Shown piece by piece: positions 38,080 to 48,342 of a DNA stretch of 64,000 bases (positions are counted from its first letter, which is position 1; each line of letters begins with the position of its first letter). The DNA comes from Minisyncoccota bacterium (GTDB taxonomy: Bacteria; Patescibacteriota; Minisyncoccia; Phycocordibacterales; UBA9973). The stretch covers positions 19,405 to 83,404 of the forward strand of contig JBAYKP010000003.1 in the NCBI GenBank assembly GCA_041664465.1, in the 5' to 3' direction. Made by a program: the position numbers and the translations under genes. The notes below the pieces were generated by a model. The model worked only from the letters and a program-made list of their open reading frames with translations. It made no database searches and was not told where the DNA came from.

Positions 38080-40944
38080 TTATAACTTAATTTCATTTAG
38101 TTTGCCCATTTTAGCTATTGCTTCTTCGGCTCTCATTATAAAATGAGGGATTGATTCAGCTTTCGTTATGGTAGTCTCTAACACAGGCTTTAATCCAGAA
38201 ATTTCTTCTAACTTTGTGATATGTGATGCCAATGGTTTATAAACATCTGCGAGCTCTCCTGTTTTGTTTATATGCATCAATTTCTCAACTGAATATGAAT
38301 CTTTTATTTCTTTCCAGAATTCTATTTTCTTATCAGGGAAGAGGTGCTCTATATTTTTTGTATAAGTTTGATTTACTTTTTCTAATAATTCAGGAGTTAA
38401 ATTATTATTTATATTTAAGCTTTCCGCTGGAACATTTACAGAAGTAGTATTTACTAGTTTTTCTGGGTTGAGTACGTTCCCATAATTATCAATAATTTCT
38501 TTCTGCATTTTTGCAACCTCTTCCGATAAGAATTTAAATTCTAAGGTGTCTTTTGGTAAAAGATCTAAGAATCGAGCCTTGGAAGTCATTTTAAATATTG
38601 CTTGGTCTGCATCTAATCGATCAAACCTTCCTAATTTTCCTAATTCTCCTTCAAGTGTATATGGATTTGGTCCTATAATATTTATTTCTCCTCCAACATC
38701 TACCCTCGTGATTTTTCCATTCTCATCATAAATAAATTGCATCTTACCTGAAGACCCGTTCTCTTTTATAGAAACAATATGATTATTATTTTCGAATATC
38801 ATATGCTTGTTTCCTGCTAAATTTTCTGTTGGGGTTGTAATATTTTGATTTAAATTATGTGGCTCCGTATCTACTACTGGTTCTCCTGTATCTGGTGATG
38901 TTCCTATGCTGTCATTGTTAGTTTCTACTCCTGAATGGTCAGAATCAAACATCTTACCTTCGTATTGAGTATTTACTTTTATTTCCGCACCCTTCTCAAG
39001 ATTTATATCAGTTTTCATTCCTACTTCGTGGTAAGTTACATTGCCATTCGCATCAACTTTGAAAGAAGAACCAGACTTAATAAATGCGCTCTCTGCATCT
39101 TGCCCTGGTTTGTACATTCCATATTCTTGTGCAAGTTTATGTGCATCTGTATTTAAAATATGTTTTACACTAGCGGGAGCATTATCTAAATCATTTCCAT
39201 ATTCAACTTTTAAATTGTGTTGAAGTTCACGAAGAGTTGCTATTGCTCCTTTCCCGTGGAGAGCTGTCGCTTCTATATTTGAATGAACAATATTTTCATG
39301 TAATTTCAATACGCCGTGAGTTCCAGGAGGAAGATTATCTGCCTCTGGTGTTTTAATTGGGAATGGATATTTTATTTTAAAACCGGTTTCAGGATTAGTA
39401 CCAGCATTAGCAAGAGGAGGACGTGGATGGTCTGGTATAGAAGGAGTCTTTATATGTTCGATTGTTGAGCTTGTTGGAGTATGGCTGATATCTGGTCCAG
39501 TAATAGCATCTACTCCATTATGTACACCATTACCCATATGTTCTACTCCGAGACCCATTGCAGTATAAGAACCATAGCCAGCAGCAAGGGCGAGAAGTCC
39601 GCCAGTTCCAGCTTTTAGGAGCATACGATTACGAGCTCTTTTCTTTTCTTCGTTTTCAATTATTTCTATTCCTTTTTCATATTCTTCTACATCAATTTTA
39701 CCTGTGGCGAATTCATTTTCTAATCTTGATTTTTCTTGATCTTGGTTTTCTTTAAATTTTAGGTCAGCACCTTTCTTTGCCCAATCGATTCCTTTTGCCA
39801 AATGTCCGACTCCGAAACCAATTGCCATACTAGCTCCGAATTTTAGACCAGCAAGTCCAGCTATTCCAGCATAGACTCCACCAGCAGCAATGGCAGATGC
39901 CCCTATCGCTCCAGTGGCTGAGAGAGGTAAGAATATTATAGTGCTTAATGCCACTCGTTTCCATCTTGGTTTTATTTTCATATATGCATCAATAGCTCTT
40001 TTCCAGAGTGCAGGTTTGATGGGTGATCCTTCTACTTTTGCATCTATAATCTTTTGTCTTTCATCTATTATCGTTTTTGCCAATATCTCTGTTGCTTTAT
40101 ATTGAGTGAGGGCTGTTTCTAAGTCTGCTCCAGTAAGTCCTGCTTTTTCTAGTTCAGCTTTTTTATGGTTATACATTGCTTCCCCCATTTCTATACGAGC
40201 TTGGTTGTATTCCTTTTTAGATTCTATAATTTCTTTTGTAAAATAATCTTCTACTTTTATTGATTTCTTGTATTCAATTTTCTTCTTAGAAAAAACATTT
40301 TTAACCCCAGATAATATATTAAATACAGCGTTCCTTGTTTTATCTATTAGCATTTCTTTGTCAGCTTCTTTTTTACATTTTTTGTATTCCTCAACATATT
40401 TCTCTCTTGTAGCTTCAATTTTTTTATCTAATTCTGTTTCCAACTTTTTCTCCTCAGGAGCAACTGGGGCTTTTACATTTTCTTTATCTCCACCTTCTTC
40501 TATAACTTTCATAGTATCAATATTTTCTCCACTGAACTCCACTGTATCCCCAGTCTTTATATTAATTGGAGCTTTTTCATCATCTACTTTTTTCTGAGTA
40601 GTGACTGGTTTGGTCTTTTTTATGACAGTAACATTCTTTGCTCCCTTTTTCTCTCTTTTAGAAACTTTTAGTGTCTCTGGATTGTTTTCTACTACGACAT
40701 CCTCTATTGCTACAACTGGAGTAGTTCCTACTTCTGTTTCCGCAATTTTTACATTTTCAGTGACAGCTTCTCCCTTCAAAAGTTTTGCCATTTCGTCTTC
40801 AGTATAACCCAACTTTTCTCCTTGTTGCATCAATTTTTCTCTTTCTCTATTCATCAGCTCCTCATTTTTAATTATTGCAGCTTGCACCCCTGCTATGTCC
40901 GCTTCTATTTGTTCTTTGCTCCTTGGTTTTTGTTCGTTTTCCAT
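38080..40944 (-). CDS. Large hypothetical membrane protein
   Basis: 954-aa ORF with charged N-terminus, Gly/Ala-rich TM hairpins and a long C-terminal region. Confidence 0.7.
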   Translation of the reverse strand: MENEQKPRSKEQIEADIAGVQAAIIKNEELMNREREKLMQQGEKLGYTEDEMAKLLKGEAVTENVKIAETEVGTTPVVAIEDVVVENNPETLKVSKREKKGAKNVTVIKKTKPVTTQKKVDDEKAPINIKTGDTVEFSGENIDTMKVIEEGGDKENVKAPVAPEEKKLETELDKKIEATREKYVEEYKKCKKEADKEMLIDKTRNAVFNILSGVKNVFSKKKIEYKKSIKVEDYFTKEIIESKKEYNQARIEMGEAMYNHKKAELEKAGLTGADLETALTQYKATEILAKTIIDERQKIIDAKVEGSPIKPALWKRAIDAYMKIKPRWKRVALSTIIFLPLSATGAIGASAIAAGGVYAGIAGLAGLKFGASMAIGFGVGHLAKGIDWAKKGADLKFKENQDQEKSRLENEFATGKIDVEEYEKGIEIIENEEKKRARNRMLLKAGTGGLLALAAGYGSYTAMGLGVEHMGNGVHNGVDAITGPDISHTPTSSTIEHIKTPSIPDHPRPPLANAGTNPETGFKIKYPFPIKTPEADNLPPGTHGVLKLHENIVHSNIEATALHGKGAIATLRELQHNLKVEYGNDLDNAPASVKHILNTDAHKLAQEYGMYKPGQDAESAFIKSGSSFKVDANGNVTYHEVGMKTDINLEKGAEIKVNTQYEGKMFDSDHSGVETNNDSIGTSPDTGEPVVDTEPHNLNQNITTPTENLAGNKHMIFENNNHIVSIKENGSSGKMQFIYDENGKITRVDVGGEINIIGPNPYTLEGELGKLGRFDRLDADQAIFKMTSKARFLDLLPKDTLEFKFLSEEVAKMQKEIIDNYGNVLNPEKLVNTTSVNVPAESLNINNNLTPELLEKVNQTYTKNIEHLFPDKKIEFWKEIKDSYSVEKLMHINKTGELADVYKPLASHITKLEEISGLKPVLETTITKAESIPHFIMRAEEAIAKMGKLNEIKL

Positions 40945-40968
40945 AGAATTTAAAATTAATTAATAATA

Positions 40969-43041
40969 TTAATTGTTTGGTTGATTATAATTCCAATTTG
41001 ATGCATAATAATTTTCACTCACTTCACCCGAATAAACAGTTACTTTTTTTGAGTACTCAAAAACTTTATTGATATAATATTTAGATTTAGGGCCTAATTC
41101 TTCTATTTTTAGATTTCCATTTATTACTTGTTTAACAGCTACCGGTCGACTGTGTTTTAGAGCAACTAATTCTTTATAATCTTTTTCTCTTCCATGGGCT
41201 GATATATAGAGATAATTATCAAGTAATGTTGACATTGTAGCTATAGAATTTATTTTTATATTAAATAAATCATCGTTCTTTGTGATATTAAATGTCTTTT
41301 TAATTTTATCTTCTATACTTCCTATTTTTGTTTGACCTATACCAACACTAGTTTCAAACCCCCCAACTGTTTTCAATATATCTCCCACTCTTCCTATTTG
41401 ACCCCCATATATTTTGCCGTATTCTCCAAAAGAACTTTCTTTACCAATAATTCCATATGCTAGTTTTGCTATTTCGTTATAAACAGTATTTGGTATAGTG
41501 GGGTATAAGCTCATTAGCTTCTCTTTGTTTTCTGATATTGTCATTAGAAAAACTTTTGAAGGTTCCGATGGATTTTCGGCTTTAATAATAATTGGTCTTG
41601 GTGCATATGGGCGTATAGTTTTATTGACATCTTTCTGTTGAGATAAAAATCTTAACTCACCATCAATAATTTGAAATTTATTATTTGGATCATCTGGTAA
41701 AATATAAACTTTTTCACCTAGATTCATTATTTTATATAATTTGCGAATACATTCTGGTTCAAAGCCAACACACCCATTACTTAATCTAAATTTTTTAGAA
41801 TTACCATGAATATTTTTATGTAGAGATGTTGAAACCTGTTCACCTCTTTCATTCTTAAGAAATAGCGCTTTGTCTCCAAGGAAAGGACCTTTGTTTGAAA
41901 TAGTATATATTCCCGCTCCCGTTTTCATATTCCCTTCTCCCCAGTCTGTAAATGCTTCATAGCCATCTTTCAAATATCTTTCTCCTTCTTGAAGGTATGT
42001 CGCTTCTTCTATAGAGACTTCTTCTCTTCTGTGGAAAGATCCATCATCTGCAACTTTACGTCTATATGTTGATTTCAATGTAGTTTGTTCGTCTCCAATT
42101 TTTTCACCTAGACATACATTAAAAGATTCAATAAGATTGTCTCCTTGATATCTATGGCATTTACCATTTTGTTTATCTATCACTAAGTATTTGTCGTTAC
42201 TTTTTTCTCTTGCTTTGGTAATGATAGAAAGATTATCACGCATATTAATTTCATCTTCGTATAATCGAATATTTCCAAAATCTTTCAGATTATCAAATTT
42301 GAGGTTATTATAAGAAATTACTGAAGCTTTGTCAGTGCCGCTAAAAGCTGAGGGTGCTCTAAATGCCGTTGCAGTAACGAGAAGTATACTAAAATAAGTT
42401 GCCGCTTTTTTTGCCTTTGTTACAAAGTAACTTAATTTTGTTCGTTCTTTAACTGTTTTAATCTTTTTGTCATTTAACTGTTCAACTATTTTATTTTCTA
42501 TCAGTTTTTCAATATTCTCACTAGGGAATTGTTCCTGAAGTATTTTTTTGTCTTCCTCTGAAAAATTTTCATCTATTATTTCTTGCACTTTCACCTCCTC
42601 TGGTCCTTCTAATTTATTAGTTATATCTTCCTTTATCTCTGTAACTTCAATAGAGGCTTCCTTTTCAGCAAGAATATCTTTCTCTGTTTTATCTTCAAGA
42701 TTGTTTGTATTATCAATTATGGTATCTGTAATATTTCCACTAATTTTTTCTTCAGGTAGAATTTCTACATTTATGGGTGTTTCTATTTCATCTATTTCTT
42801 GTTTTGATTCAATTAGACCCAGTTCTTCTCTTAGAGCCTCTAGTCGTTCATTTAGTCTAATCTTTTCTTCATTATAAAATTTTTCCTTTTCTCTAAATTT
42901 TTCAATTCTTTCCAGGAATTCCTTCTTTCTTTGTTCTATACTAGAAGATTCTAATTTTGTAGTTCCACCCGTATTTATCAGTCCTTCTTCTTTATGGACA
43001 TCATCTTGTTCACTTAGGGTATCAAGTGGTTGATTTTTCAT
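40969..43041 (-). CDS. L,D-transpeptidase (YkuD-like) with C-terminal lysozyme-like domain
   Basis: YLVIDK, T.AG.Y.I and SLH....RLSNGCV (YkuD His/Cys motif); C-terminal AYGIIGKESSFG..SVGIGQ. Confidence 0.65.
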   Translation of the reverse strand: MKNQPLDTLSEQDDVHKEEGLINTGGTTKLESSSIEQRKKEFLERIEKFREKEKFYNEEKIRLNERLEALREELGLIESKQEIDEIETPINVEILPEEKISGNITDTIIDNTNNLEDKTEKDILAEKEASIEVTEIKEDITNKLEGPEEVKVQEIIDENFSEEDKKILQEQFPSENIEKLIENKIVEQLNDKKIKTVKERTKLSYFVTKAKKAATYFSILLVTATAFRAPSAFSGTDKASVISYNNLKFDNLKDFGNIRLYEDEINMRDNLSIITKAREKSNDKYLVIDKQNGKCHRYQGDNLIESFNVCLGEKIGDEQTTLKSTYRRKVADDGSFHRREEVSIEEATYLQEGERYLKDGYEAFTDWGEGNMKTGAGIYTISNKGPFLGDKALFLKNERGEQVSTSLHKNIHGNSKKFRLSNGCVGFEPECIRKLYKIMNLGEKVYILPDDPNNKFQIIDGELRFLSQQKDVNKTIRPYAPRPIIIKAENPSEPSKVFLMTISENKEKLMSLYPTIPNTVYNEIAKLAYGIIGKESSFGEYGKIYGGQIGRVGDILKTVGGFETSVGIGQTKIGSIEDKIKKTFNITKNDDLFNIKINSIATMSTLLDNYLYISAHGREKDYKELVALKHSRPVAVKQVINGNLKIEELGPKSKYYINKVFEYSKKVTVYSGEVSENYYASNWNYNQPNN

Positions 43042-43141
43042 AGTTTAGTTAATTTATTTAATGATAACATTGTATCAGAATTATCACCGATTGTCCCCAT
43101 ATTATATAATATTTAAGCTATTTGTCAATAGTTTTAGGTAA

Positions 43142-44623
43142 TTATTTTAAATTATATAATTCATCTATTATGTCTTCTTTGGTTTTTTTAAATTCTTTAA
43201 CTAATTTTGGTTCAATAATTTCATGAGCCTCATATTCTAAGGTAGAAGTGTCAGAATATTCTTTTAGCTGGGCTTCATCGTAACTTATTTTTTCTTTTCT
43301 TGATATGGAATCAGTTTTCAGGACATCTTTATTATTCCAAGCAAAATATTTTTCTGATTCAGGACCTTTAAATTGTACAGCATGACTTAATTCAGCTAAA
43401 TAATCTGATAATGAAAAATGACCAGTATAAGTTGGTAAATGCATAGTGTTGGCGTATTGATAATAGCAAGCCCTATCATGAAAATGAGGAGCTGTGCCGT
43501 ATTCTACTTTTGGTTTCCCATATTTTTCATTCATACGTAAAAGTACAATATAATTTAATTTATTTTCAAAATCTGGATCATTCATGGCTTCGTCTTTTTT
43601 GTTTTTATATTCCTCATATAAAGAGTTCATAAAAAATTCACTGCTATCTTCCTTCGCTAGGAATTCACGCCATTTTTGGGGTAATTCTTTATCTTGTGCA
43701 ATGTCATGGAGAATAATTTCAGTGACCGAGTCTAGGGGTGCAGCTTCTGCATATTTGTAGAGATTATCAATTTTAGATTTTACCTGTTCTCTTTTTATTT
43801 CATCTTTAGCTTTTTGTATTCCCCATGATAAAGCCAGCACAGAGAAGGTCAAAACGGTTGTTCTAATTGTCCATTTTTTGAATTGAGACGCTAATTCTTC
43901 CATTATAAATAGTTGTTTTGCTATTAGACTTTTACTCCCCTCCTGATCTTCTAGATTGAGATTTGTTATTTTATTTAATCTTTTTTTAAGATTGTTTTCT
44001 TTTATTCTTCTATATTTATTTATTTCCAATGAAAATTTATTTACTATTGTTTCAAACCAATCTTTATTTAAAGATTCATATTCTTCATAAATATTATTAA
44101 AATTATCACGTGCCGTAGAATATTTTTCCCAGAAGCCGCTTCTAGAGTCTGATGCCGCCATATATTTTTCACGCGTTAGTTTAATATCTTGAATTTCTTC
44201 AGGAAAATTCGAGATGAGATGTTTAAGGATGGTATAACTCTCATCATATTTATCTCTCTTCTTTTTATACTCTTGATATAACAAATCCAAACTGGGAGTT
44301 TCTACTATGTCTAATGGGTCCGCTTTAGGATTTTTTTCTTCTAACCTCGCTCTTTCATCATAGAAAATACTCCATAATTTATCCTTTTCTTGTTCTAGAA
44401 ACTTCATCGTTTGATATTCAGTAGGAAATTTGTTATATAGACTTTCTTGTTTGGAATTATATTGTTCATACAAAGAATCTTCTTCTTTGTTCAATTTATT
44501 CCACATTTCTCTAGTTTCTTTTCTTTGCCATTTAGAATAAAAATAGTCTACTTCAATTTGAAGTTTACTTTTTGGTGATTCTATTTCAGTTTCTTCTTTG
44601 GGGCTAGTTTCTCTCATTTTCAT
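43142..44623 (-). CDS. Coiled-coil + TM protein with degenerate zincin-like C-terminus
   Basis: RACY...NTMHL, AELSHAVQ and EYEAH; first His of HExxH absent. Confidence 0.6.
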   Translation of the reverse strand: MKMRETSPKEETEIESPKSKLQIEVDYFYSKWQRKETREMWNKLNKEEDSLYEQYNSKQESLYNKFPTEYQTMKFLEQEKDKLWSIFYDERARLEEKNPKADPLDIVETPSLDLLYQEYKKKRDKYDESYTILKHLISNFPEEIQDIKLTREKYMAASDSRSGFWEKYSTARDNFNNIYEEYESLNKDWFETIVNKFSLEINKYRRIKENNLKKRLNKITNLNLEDQEGSKSLIAKQLFIMEELASQFKKWTIRTTVLTFSVLALSWGIQKAKDEIKREQVKSKIDNLYKYAEAAPLDSVTEIILHDIAQDKELPQKWREFLAKEDSSEFFMNSLYEEYKNKKDEAMNDPDFENKLNYIVLLRMNEKYGKPKVEYGTAPHFHDRACYYQYANTMHLPTYTGHFSLSDYLAELSHAVQFKGPESEKYFAWNNKDVLKTDSISRKEKISYDEAQLKEYSDTSTLEYEAHEIIEPKLVKEFKKTKEDIIDELYNLK

Positions 44624-44775
44624 TTTTTTGATTGATCTTTTTTATCTTTTAAATAAGTGTCAATTACTTTTTCGGCTTCAGTATAAACATCATCAATTTC
44701 CTGCAGGCAACTATTTTTAGCCTCAATCATCAATTTAAGGAACTTTCTTTTATTATCATCTTGGGCATTATTCAT
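44620..44775 (-). CDS. Small hypothetical protein (51 aa)
   Basis: ATG 44775 lies 7 nt after TATAAT; ATGA overlap with the downstream gene; the longer 45003 start is rejected. Confidence 0.5.
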   Translation of the reverse strand: MNNAQDDNKRKFLKLMIEAKNSCLQEIDDVYTEAEKVIDTYLKDKKDQSKK

Positions 44776-44860
44776 GATAAGCATTATACTATATAACCAG
44801 AATCTATTCATAGCTATTTGGGTTGGTTTAGTATGAAATATTGCAAAATCTGGGGTCTGT

Positions 44861-44993
44861 GTCCCTGTATATCCCTGTGTATAACTCGGTTGACTATCCC
44901 CGCCCAATGGGCTACCCTTATATGTAGAGCCTCCTAGAAAGGGGTTCGTTATACTGAAAGACAGGGATAGCCACATTTTGAAGGCTTGCCGAA
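44861..44993 (+). promoter_or_regulatory. Candidate structured leader RNA upstream of the LysM-M23 gene
   Basis: GC-richer tract with several hairpins and mutually exclusive pairings to ACAGGGATAG (44961-44970). Confidence 0.35.
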
Positions 44994-46190
44994 ATGACTG
45001 CAAAAATTATGTATACGAAACCAACTAAAGACTCCCAAATATCCTTATTTATCAAGTCTTATACTGGCAAGGCTTGTTTTTTGTCTCTCTCTTTTCTTCT
45101 CATAGCTGGCACCCCTACAGTGGCTGATGCTGGCTTTTTTAGTGATATTTTCGCAAGTATTACAGGGTCCAAAGTTCAGGCTACTGATATAAACGAGGAT
45201 TCCACTCATAATTCTCAAAATATTCCACTTCTAGAAACTTCCGTTGATCCAGATATAAAGAATGCCAATAGTGGGGCTAGTACTTCTACCATAGAAGACG
45301 GAGCTCTCCTCCCAGAGAGTTTACAAGGAACGGATTCGGCGACCAATTCATATATATCTTCATCAGAAAAAATTACTACTTATAAGGTTGTAAGTGGGGA
45401 TACATTGGAGAAAGTAGCTAATAAATTCAGCATTTCCAAGAACACGATTCTCTACGCGAATACTATAAAAAATAATGCTCTAAAAGTCGGGCAAGTTCTT
45501 ACCATTCTCCCTGTAGATGGAGTTTCTTATACAGTGAAAAAGGGCGATACTCTCGCCTCTATTGCCAAGGCTCATAAGGCTGACATGAAAGATATCGCAG
45601 AATATAACGATATTTCAGACAAAAATTTGAAGAGTGGCGATAAGATTATTGTCCCAGGAGGTGTCATTGTGAAGAAAGTAGAAGCTCCTCTCCCTATTAT
45701 TAAGGTAGAGCAGGGAGAGCCAGAAGTAAGTCCACAGAGTCAATCTGAAAATAAGCCAGAGAAAAGTCAGGCAAATCCAGAAGATATCTCAAGTGGCAAT
45801 GGCATTACGGGTGGCTATATTTGGCCATTACCGAAAGGTGTTGGTAGAGTCTCTCAGAGATTACACGATGACAATGCTTATGACTTCGCAGCGCCAAAAG
45901 GCACCCCTATCTATGCGATACAAGATGGAACAGTCCTCATCGCTGATGGCGCAGGGTACAATGGTGGATATGGATTATACGTAGTAATAGATTTCAATGA
46001 TGGAGGGCAAGCAATCTTTGGTCATATGAGCAAAGTCACAGCCTTTGTGGGTGAGACAGTGGGGAAGGGTGATATAATAGGTTACGTAGGTTCTACTGGT
46101 AGATCTACTGGCAACCATGTACATATAGGTTATCGTGGAGGAAAGCCAAATCCTTATCGTAATTTACCCAAGAATAGTAATGGATTATAA
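44994..46190 (+). CDS. LysM x2 + M23 peptidase (peptidoglycan endopeptidase)
   Basis: Two Y.V..GDTL..IA LysM repeats; H....D, A..GTPIYA, YG..V.I, HM and TG.STG.HVH motifs. Confidence 0.9.
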   Translation: MTAKIMYTKPTKDSQISLFIKSYTGKACFLSLSFLLIAGTPTVADAGFFSDIFASITGSKVQATDINEDSTHNSQNIPLLETSVDPDIKNANSGASTSTIEDGALLPESLQGTDSATNSYISSSEKITTYKVVSGDTLEKVANKFSISKNTILYANTIKNNALKVGQVLTILPVDGVSYTVKKGDTLASIAKAHKADMKDIAEYNDISDKNLKSGDKIIVPGGVIVKKVEAPLPIIKVEQGEPEVSPQSQSENKPEKSQANPEDISSGNGITGGYIWPLPKGVGRVSQRLHDDNAYDFAAPKGTPIYAIQDGTVLIADGAGYNGGYGLYVVIDFNDGGQAIFGHMSKVTAFVGETVGKGDIIGYVGSTGRSTGNHVHIGYRGGKPNPYRNLPKNSNGL

Positions 46191-46206
46191 TTAAGAATTA
46201 TAGTTT

Positions 46207-46557
46207 ATGAAACAGCACACACTTGTTTTAATAATTTTAATTTTCATTGCAACGACTTCCTCAGTTGCTGTCTTGGCTTCTGAGGGTTATTTCAATAAGA
46301 AAAAAGCCGAGAGTAAAATATTATCTAAACAGGAGCAATCAGTTTCTAAACCAATAGCTCTCGCTTCAAATGCTATTTCAGTGCAAAAGCCAACGATTGC
46401 AAAATCTTCTACAACAGTCTCCAAAGCTCCAGTGAAAAAAGCCCCAGTCAAAAAAGTTGTTCCTAAGAAAAAAGTTGTTGCCAAAAAGAAATCCAAATTA
46501 AATCTCGCCCCTCCCGTCATCACCCCCGCCACCGCCCCGTATTCAGCAAAGAGATAA
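46207..46557 (+). CDS. Lys/Ala/Pro-rich small membrane-anchored or secreted protein
   Basis: Hydrophobic N-terminus and KAPVKKAPVKK repeats. Confidence 0.6.
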   Translation: MKQHTLVLIILIFIATTSSVAVLASEGYFNKKKAESKILSKQEQSVSKPIALASNAISVQKPTIAKSSTTVSKAPVKKAPVKKVVPKKKVVAKKKSKLNLAPPVITPATAPYSAKR

Positions 46558-46570
46558 AAATAAAAACAAC

Positions 46571-46598
46571 TAGCCCCGCCGGTAAACCGGCGGGGCTA
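46571..46598. terminator. Hairpin between convergent genes
   Basis: TAGCCCCGCCGG-TAAA-CCGGCGGGGCTA perfect stem. Confidence 0.7.
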
Positions 46599-46600
46599 TC

Positions 46601-48256
46601 TTAATATATTTCTTGTTGATAACAAGATTCACAGTAGATAACTTCAGACCTATCTGGGGCGTAAGTAGTTTCAAATTCATTTGAACAACCAGGTTTCATA
46701 CAAGAACGATGATATAATTTCATTCCATTTCTTTTTTTCATTCTGTCTTCATGTCTGCATTCAAAATCTTTGTGAGGTAATGGCAACCCCATTTTTTTAT
46801 AGAAAGTTAATTCAGCTTCAACTATTTTGAAATTTTTATTACATTTTTCACAGATCAGAATTTCATCTAGAATCTTTTCATCGATATTATTTATAGAATT
46901 AGGTATCTCGCCTTTTTTAATCGTTTCTTTTCCAAAAGTTCCTGTAGTTTTCTCTTGCCACTCATATCCTCTTTTAGTAGCTTCTTCTTTTGTAAGTGGG
47001 AAGAAATCATGAATCAAGGATTCGTTGTATGCAAATGGTGCAACTTCGGGTGGGAAGAATTGTCCGAAATCTTTTTCTTTTTTCATTTGCTCATAAATTT
47101 TTTCTCTCAAGACTAAATATTCTTCTTTGGAGTACTCTTTATTAAAGATCATATTATTGCCTTTTCTAATAGAGATGCATCCTATGGCATTTGATAAATG
47201 GTGACAGTTGTCGCAATATTCAACCTCATTACAATAAAAAACAAAGGCAGAATTCTTGAGCTTACTCCCTTCGAGTGCTCCCATAATATTGTATCCGAAT
47301 TCTGGCTTATAGTAATAGTTATTACAATCCCAACTATCAGTTGGACTTTCTGTGTCCTTCATATAGGAACAGTTTTTAGCATCATAAGTATCAAAAAGCA
47401 TTACTCCCTCGTGGCAATTATGGAGATAGTCACCCGTTACATTATTGCATTTGGTTTGTGTAGAAAATTTTACAATAGTTTCCTTTTTTAATTTCTCGAA
47501 TTCTTTTTTTGTGTTTTCTATGCTCTCATAATTTTCTAAGATTTCTTTTTTCTTTTTATCAAATTCTTCCTTACTATACTTAATATTTAAAATCGCGTTA
47601 GACATATTCCTTCCATTTGTACACATAATGCAATTATTTGAATTTCGCATGTTATAACAGAACAATAAATCACTAGATGATTGGCATTTTTCACTAAACA
47701 TACATTTAAAACATTCACGACTATCTATACACTCGTAACATAATTCTGATTCATGGAGAAAAGCACAATCCATACATTGTTTATCTCTTTGTAGAAGTCT
47801 CCCATATAAACAGTCTTCATTATAATCAGATGCGAAAATAAGATAGCAATCTTTATTTTCAGCTGAGCCATTTGTATAATCGCTCCTGACATTCTGAATA
47901 GCGACAAGCCCAAGCCTTGGGACTTTCGCTTGTAGTTCTTTGTATTGTTCAAAAAATGATTTAGAAAAATCATAATCTTGCGCATAATCTTTCGGATTCC
48001 ATTCATCACTCCACCAACATTTACTACAATAAACTTTGTATGGAGCATCAGGCGTATAAAGTGTAATCATATTTTCTTTGCACAAGTCACACGGTCTTTT
48101 ATATAAAATTCTCTCATTGCGGAACATCAAACGTCTCGCCATTCGACATTCCGGGCAGTAAATAGGAGGAACAGTCTTCATCTGCTCATAAAACACAAGA
48201 TCTTCATCTCTTATCTCAAATTCTTTCTCACAAGTTTTGCATATTTCTTTTGTCAT
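46601..48256 (-). CDS. CPR-type Cys-rich multi-zinc-ribbon protein
   Basis: Multiple CxxC motifs, RNER.LY.R.C, CWWSD.W, Cys-rich repeat core and YCE.CYQQE C-terminus. Confidence 0.75.
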   Translation of the reverse strand: MTKEICKTCEKEFEIRDEDLVFYEQMKTVPPIYCPECRMARRLMFRNERILYKRPCDLCKENMITLYTPDAPYKVYCSKCWWSDEWNPKDYAQDYDFSKSFFEQYKELQAKVPRLGLVAIQNVRSDYTNGSAENKDCYLIFASDYNEDCLYGRLLQRDKQCMDCAFLHESELCYECIDSRECFKCMFSEKCQSSSDLLFCYNMRNSNNCIMCTNGRNMSNAILNIKYSKEEFDKKKKEILENYESIENTKKEFEKLKKETIVKFSTQTKCNNVTGDYLHNCHEGVMLFDTYDAKNCSYMKDTESPTDSWDCNNYYYKPEFGYNIMGALEGSKLKNSAFVFYCNEVEYCDNCHHLSNAIGCISIRKGNNMIFNKEYSKEEYLVLREKIYEQMKKEKDFGQFFPPEVAPFAYNESLIHDFFPLTKEEATKRGYEWQEKTTGTFGKETIKKGEIPNSINNIDEKILDEILICEKCNKNFKIVEAELTFYKKMGLPLPHKDFECRHEDRMKKRNGMKLYHRSCMKPGCSNEFETTYAPDRSEVIYCESCYQQEIY

Positions 48257-48342
48257 ATATTTATTTAATCACATTTATAATAATACACTTTTTATTAACT
48301 TTATAAAACAAAGGAGCATGGCCCCTTTGTTCTAAAAATTAA

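Noticed and set aside
44776-45003. N-terminal extension of ORF 44620..45003
   Set aside because: It overlaps the divergent promoter and leader of the M23 gene; ATG 44775 has a well-placed -10.
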